This document shows, piece by piece, positions 63,073 through 64,000 of a stretch of 64,000 bases of DNA. Each line of letters starts with the position of its first letter. The first letter of the stretch is position 1. The position numbers and the translations under genes were made by a program. Origin of the DNA: Hydrolagus affinis. Its lineage: Eukaryota. Where the stretch lies: contig JAAILG010000232.1 of NCBI GenBank assembly GCA_012026655.1, positions 1 through 64,000 on the forward strand, in the 5' to 3' direction. The notes beneath the pieces are model-generated. The model did not search any database. It was not told where the DNA came from and saw only the letters and a list, made by a program, of their open reading frames with translations.

Positions 63073-64000
63073 GTTATATTAGTGGCGGTGTGAAAATCTC
63101 ACATTTTCAAATATCTTTGCTAAATTTAAAATACATGTAAATATGAAGAATAATTCTTGGGAAGTCTGTGGGAGCCTAATTATTTTGCAAATCACATACA
63201 AAATAGGATCACTAACTACACTTTATGGTAAATCCTGTTTAACTCTGAGATACCCTTTCACTTGAAAATCTCTGAAAGACCCAAGAATTATTCAATTTTG
63301 CTGGATTTGTCTTAAAATGCAAGATGCCTTTGAAACTATGTATTCGCTATGGCCCGTTGAAATGCCAATCTAAAATACATTTCCAATAGCGATGGAAACA
63401 ATGCTCTCATTTTGCACTTACTGTACTATAAAAGCAAAATGAACTGAGCATTAATCAAATGTAGGCATAACTCCACTTAGTTGACTAATCAGAAAAACTT
63501 AAATATTTAGCAGACACTTTCAGTTTCCAATTTGCTGTGATTTTGAGCCTTATAGCCGTTCATTACTCAAGTCATGACCAACAGTACATTGGTAAAACAC
63601 CAATATTAATCAGGCAACAAGGTGGAGAGCTGTATAGGGCAGCAGCTGAAATTGCCTCCCTAAGGCACCTCACTCTAATTACTCACGAGTGACAAAATTC
63701 TGGAGATACCACAACACAGGCATTAAATATCCTACAGTGAAAAGTTTCGTACCAAGCGACCTGTACACTGATTGGAGAACAGTGCTTCAATAATTAGCAA
63801 TCTGTCTTCACACTATCACGAGGATGTGATTTGCCAGTGGCGTAAATCCCAGTTTGAACAATTTGGCAGTGAATACAAACATTGGGATCTGCATCTAGGT
63901 CACTTTTGCTGACATTCAAGCTTTAACAGTTCACTTTTTTTTTACTAATCTTCAACCTTGGCAACACGGGAGATTTTTCCACAATTTACTTCTGCAGTCC

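Noticed and set aside
55830-64000. Next upstream Numb exon (YLGHVEV...CEDAVKRLK)
   Set aside because: Not found by eye. The partial match near 61550 has no open frame, so the exon probably lies beyond the window.
1-64000. CRISPR arrays, operons or other prokaryotic systems
   Set aside because: The sequence is intron-rich vertebrate DNA, and no repeat-spacer periodicity was seen.

Overview
Vertebrate genomic DNA (AT-rich, GT-AG introns), most likely from a cartilaginous fish judging by the SINE/CR1/L2 repeat content; the taxon is an inference. Two convergent genes fill the window. On the + strand is a complete papilin gene (PAPLN). I assembled it by hand into 25 coding exons at 1744-37924, about 1262 aa with consistent exon phases: signal peptide, TSR1, ADAMTS-type Cys-rich/spacer cassette, further TSRs, Cys-rich CCPDG repeats, Kunitz, three Ig domains and PLAC. 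On the - strand is the 3' part of NUMB, with 8 coding exons at 55829-42942. These include the 33-nt PTB-insert microexon and the 144-nt PRR cassette exon; the 5' exons lie beyond the window. Introns carry tRNA-derived SINEs, Deu-type SINEs, CR1 and L2 3' fragments, a pogo/Tigger transposase remnant and several fold-back structures. The most interesting observations are a tandemly duplicated 177-nt TSR exon, a single-exon symmetric Ig module and a PLAC-like candidate alternative last exon in PAPLN, plus a candidate internal first exon and a candidate poison exon in NUMB. Both NUMB cassette exons are deeply conserved, along with their RBFOX/QKI-type motifs. I found no evidence for a wholly new gene system. 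Repeat boundaries are approximate and family names come from recalled consensus motifs, not searches.
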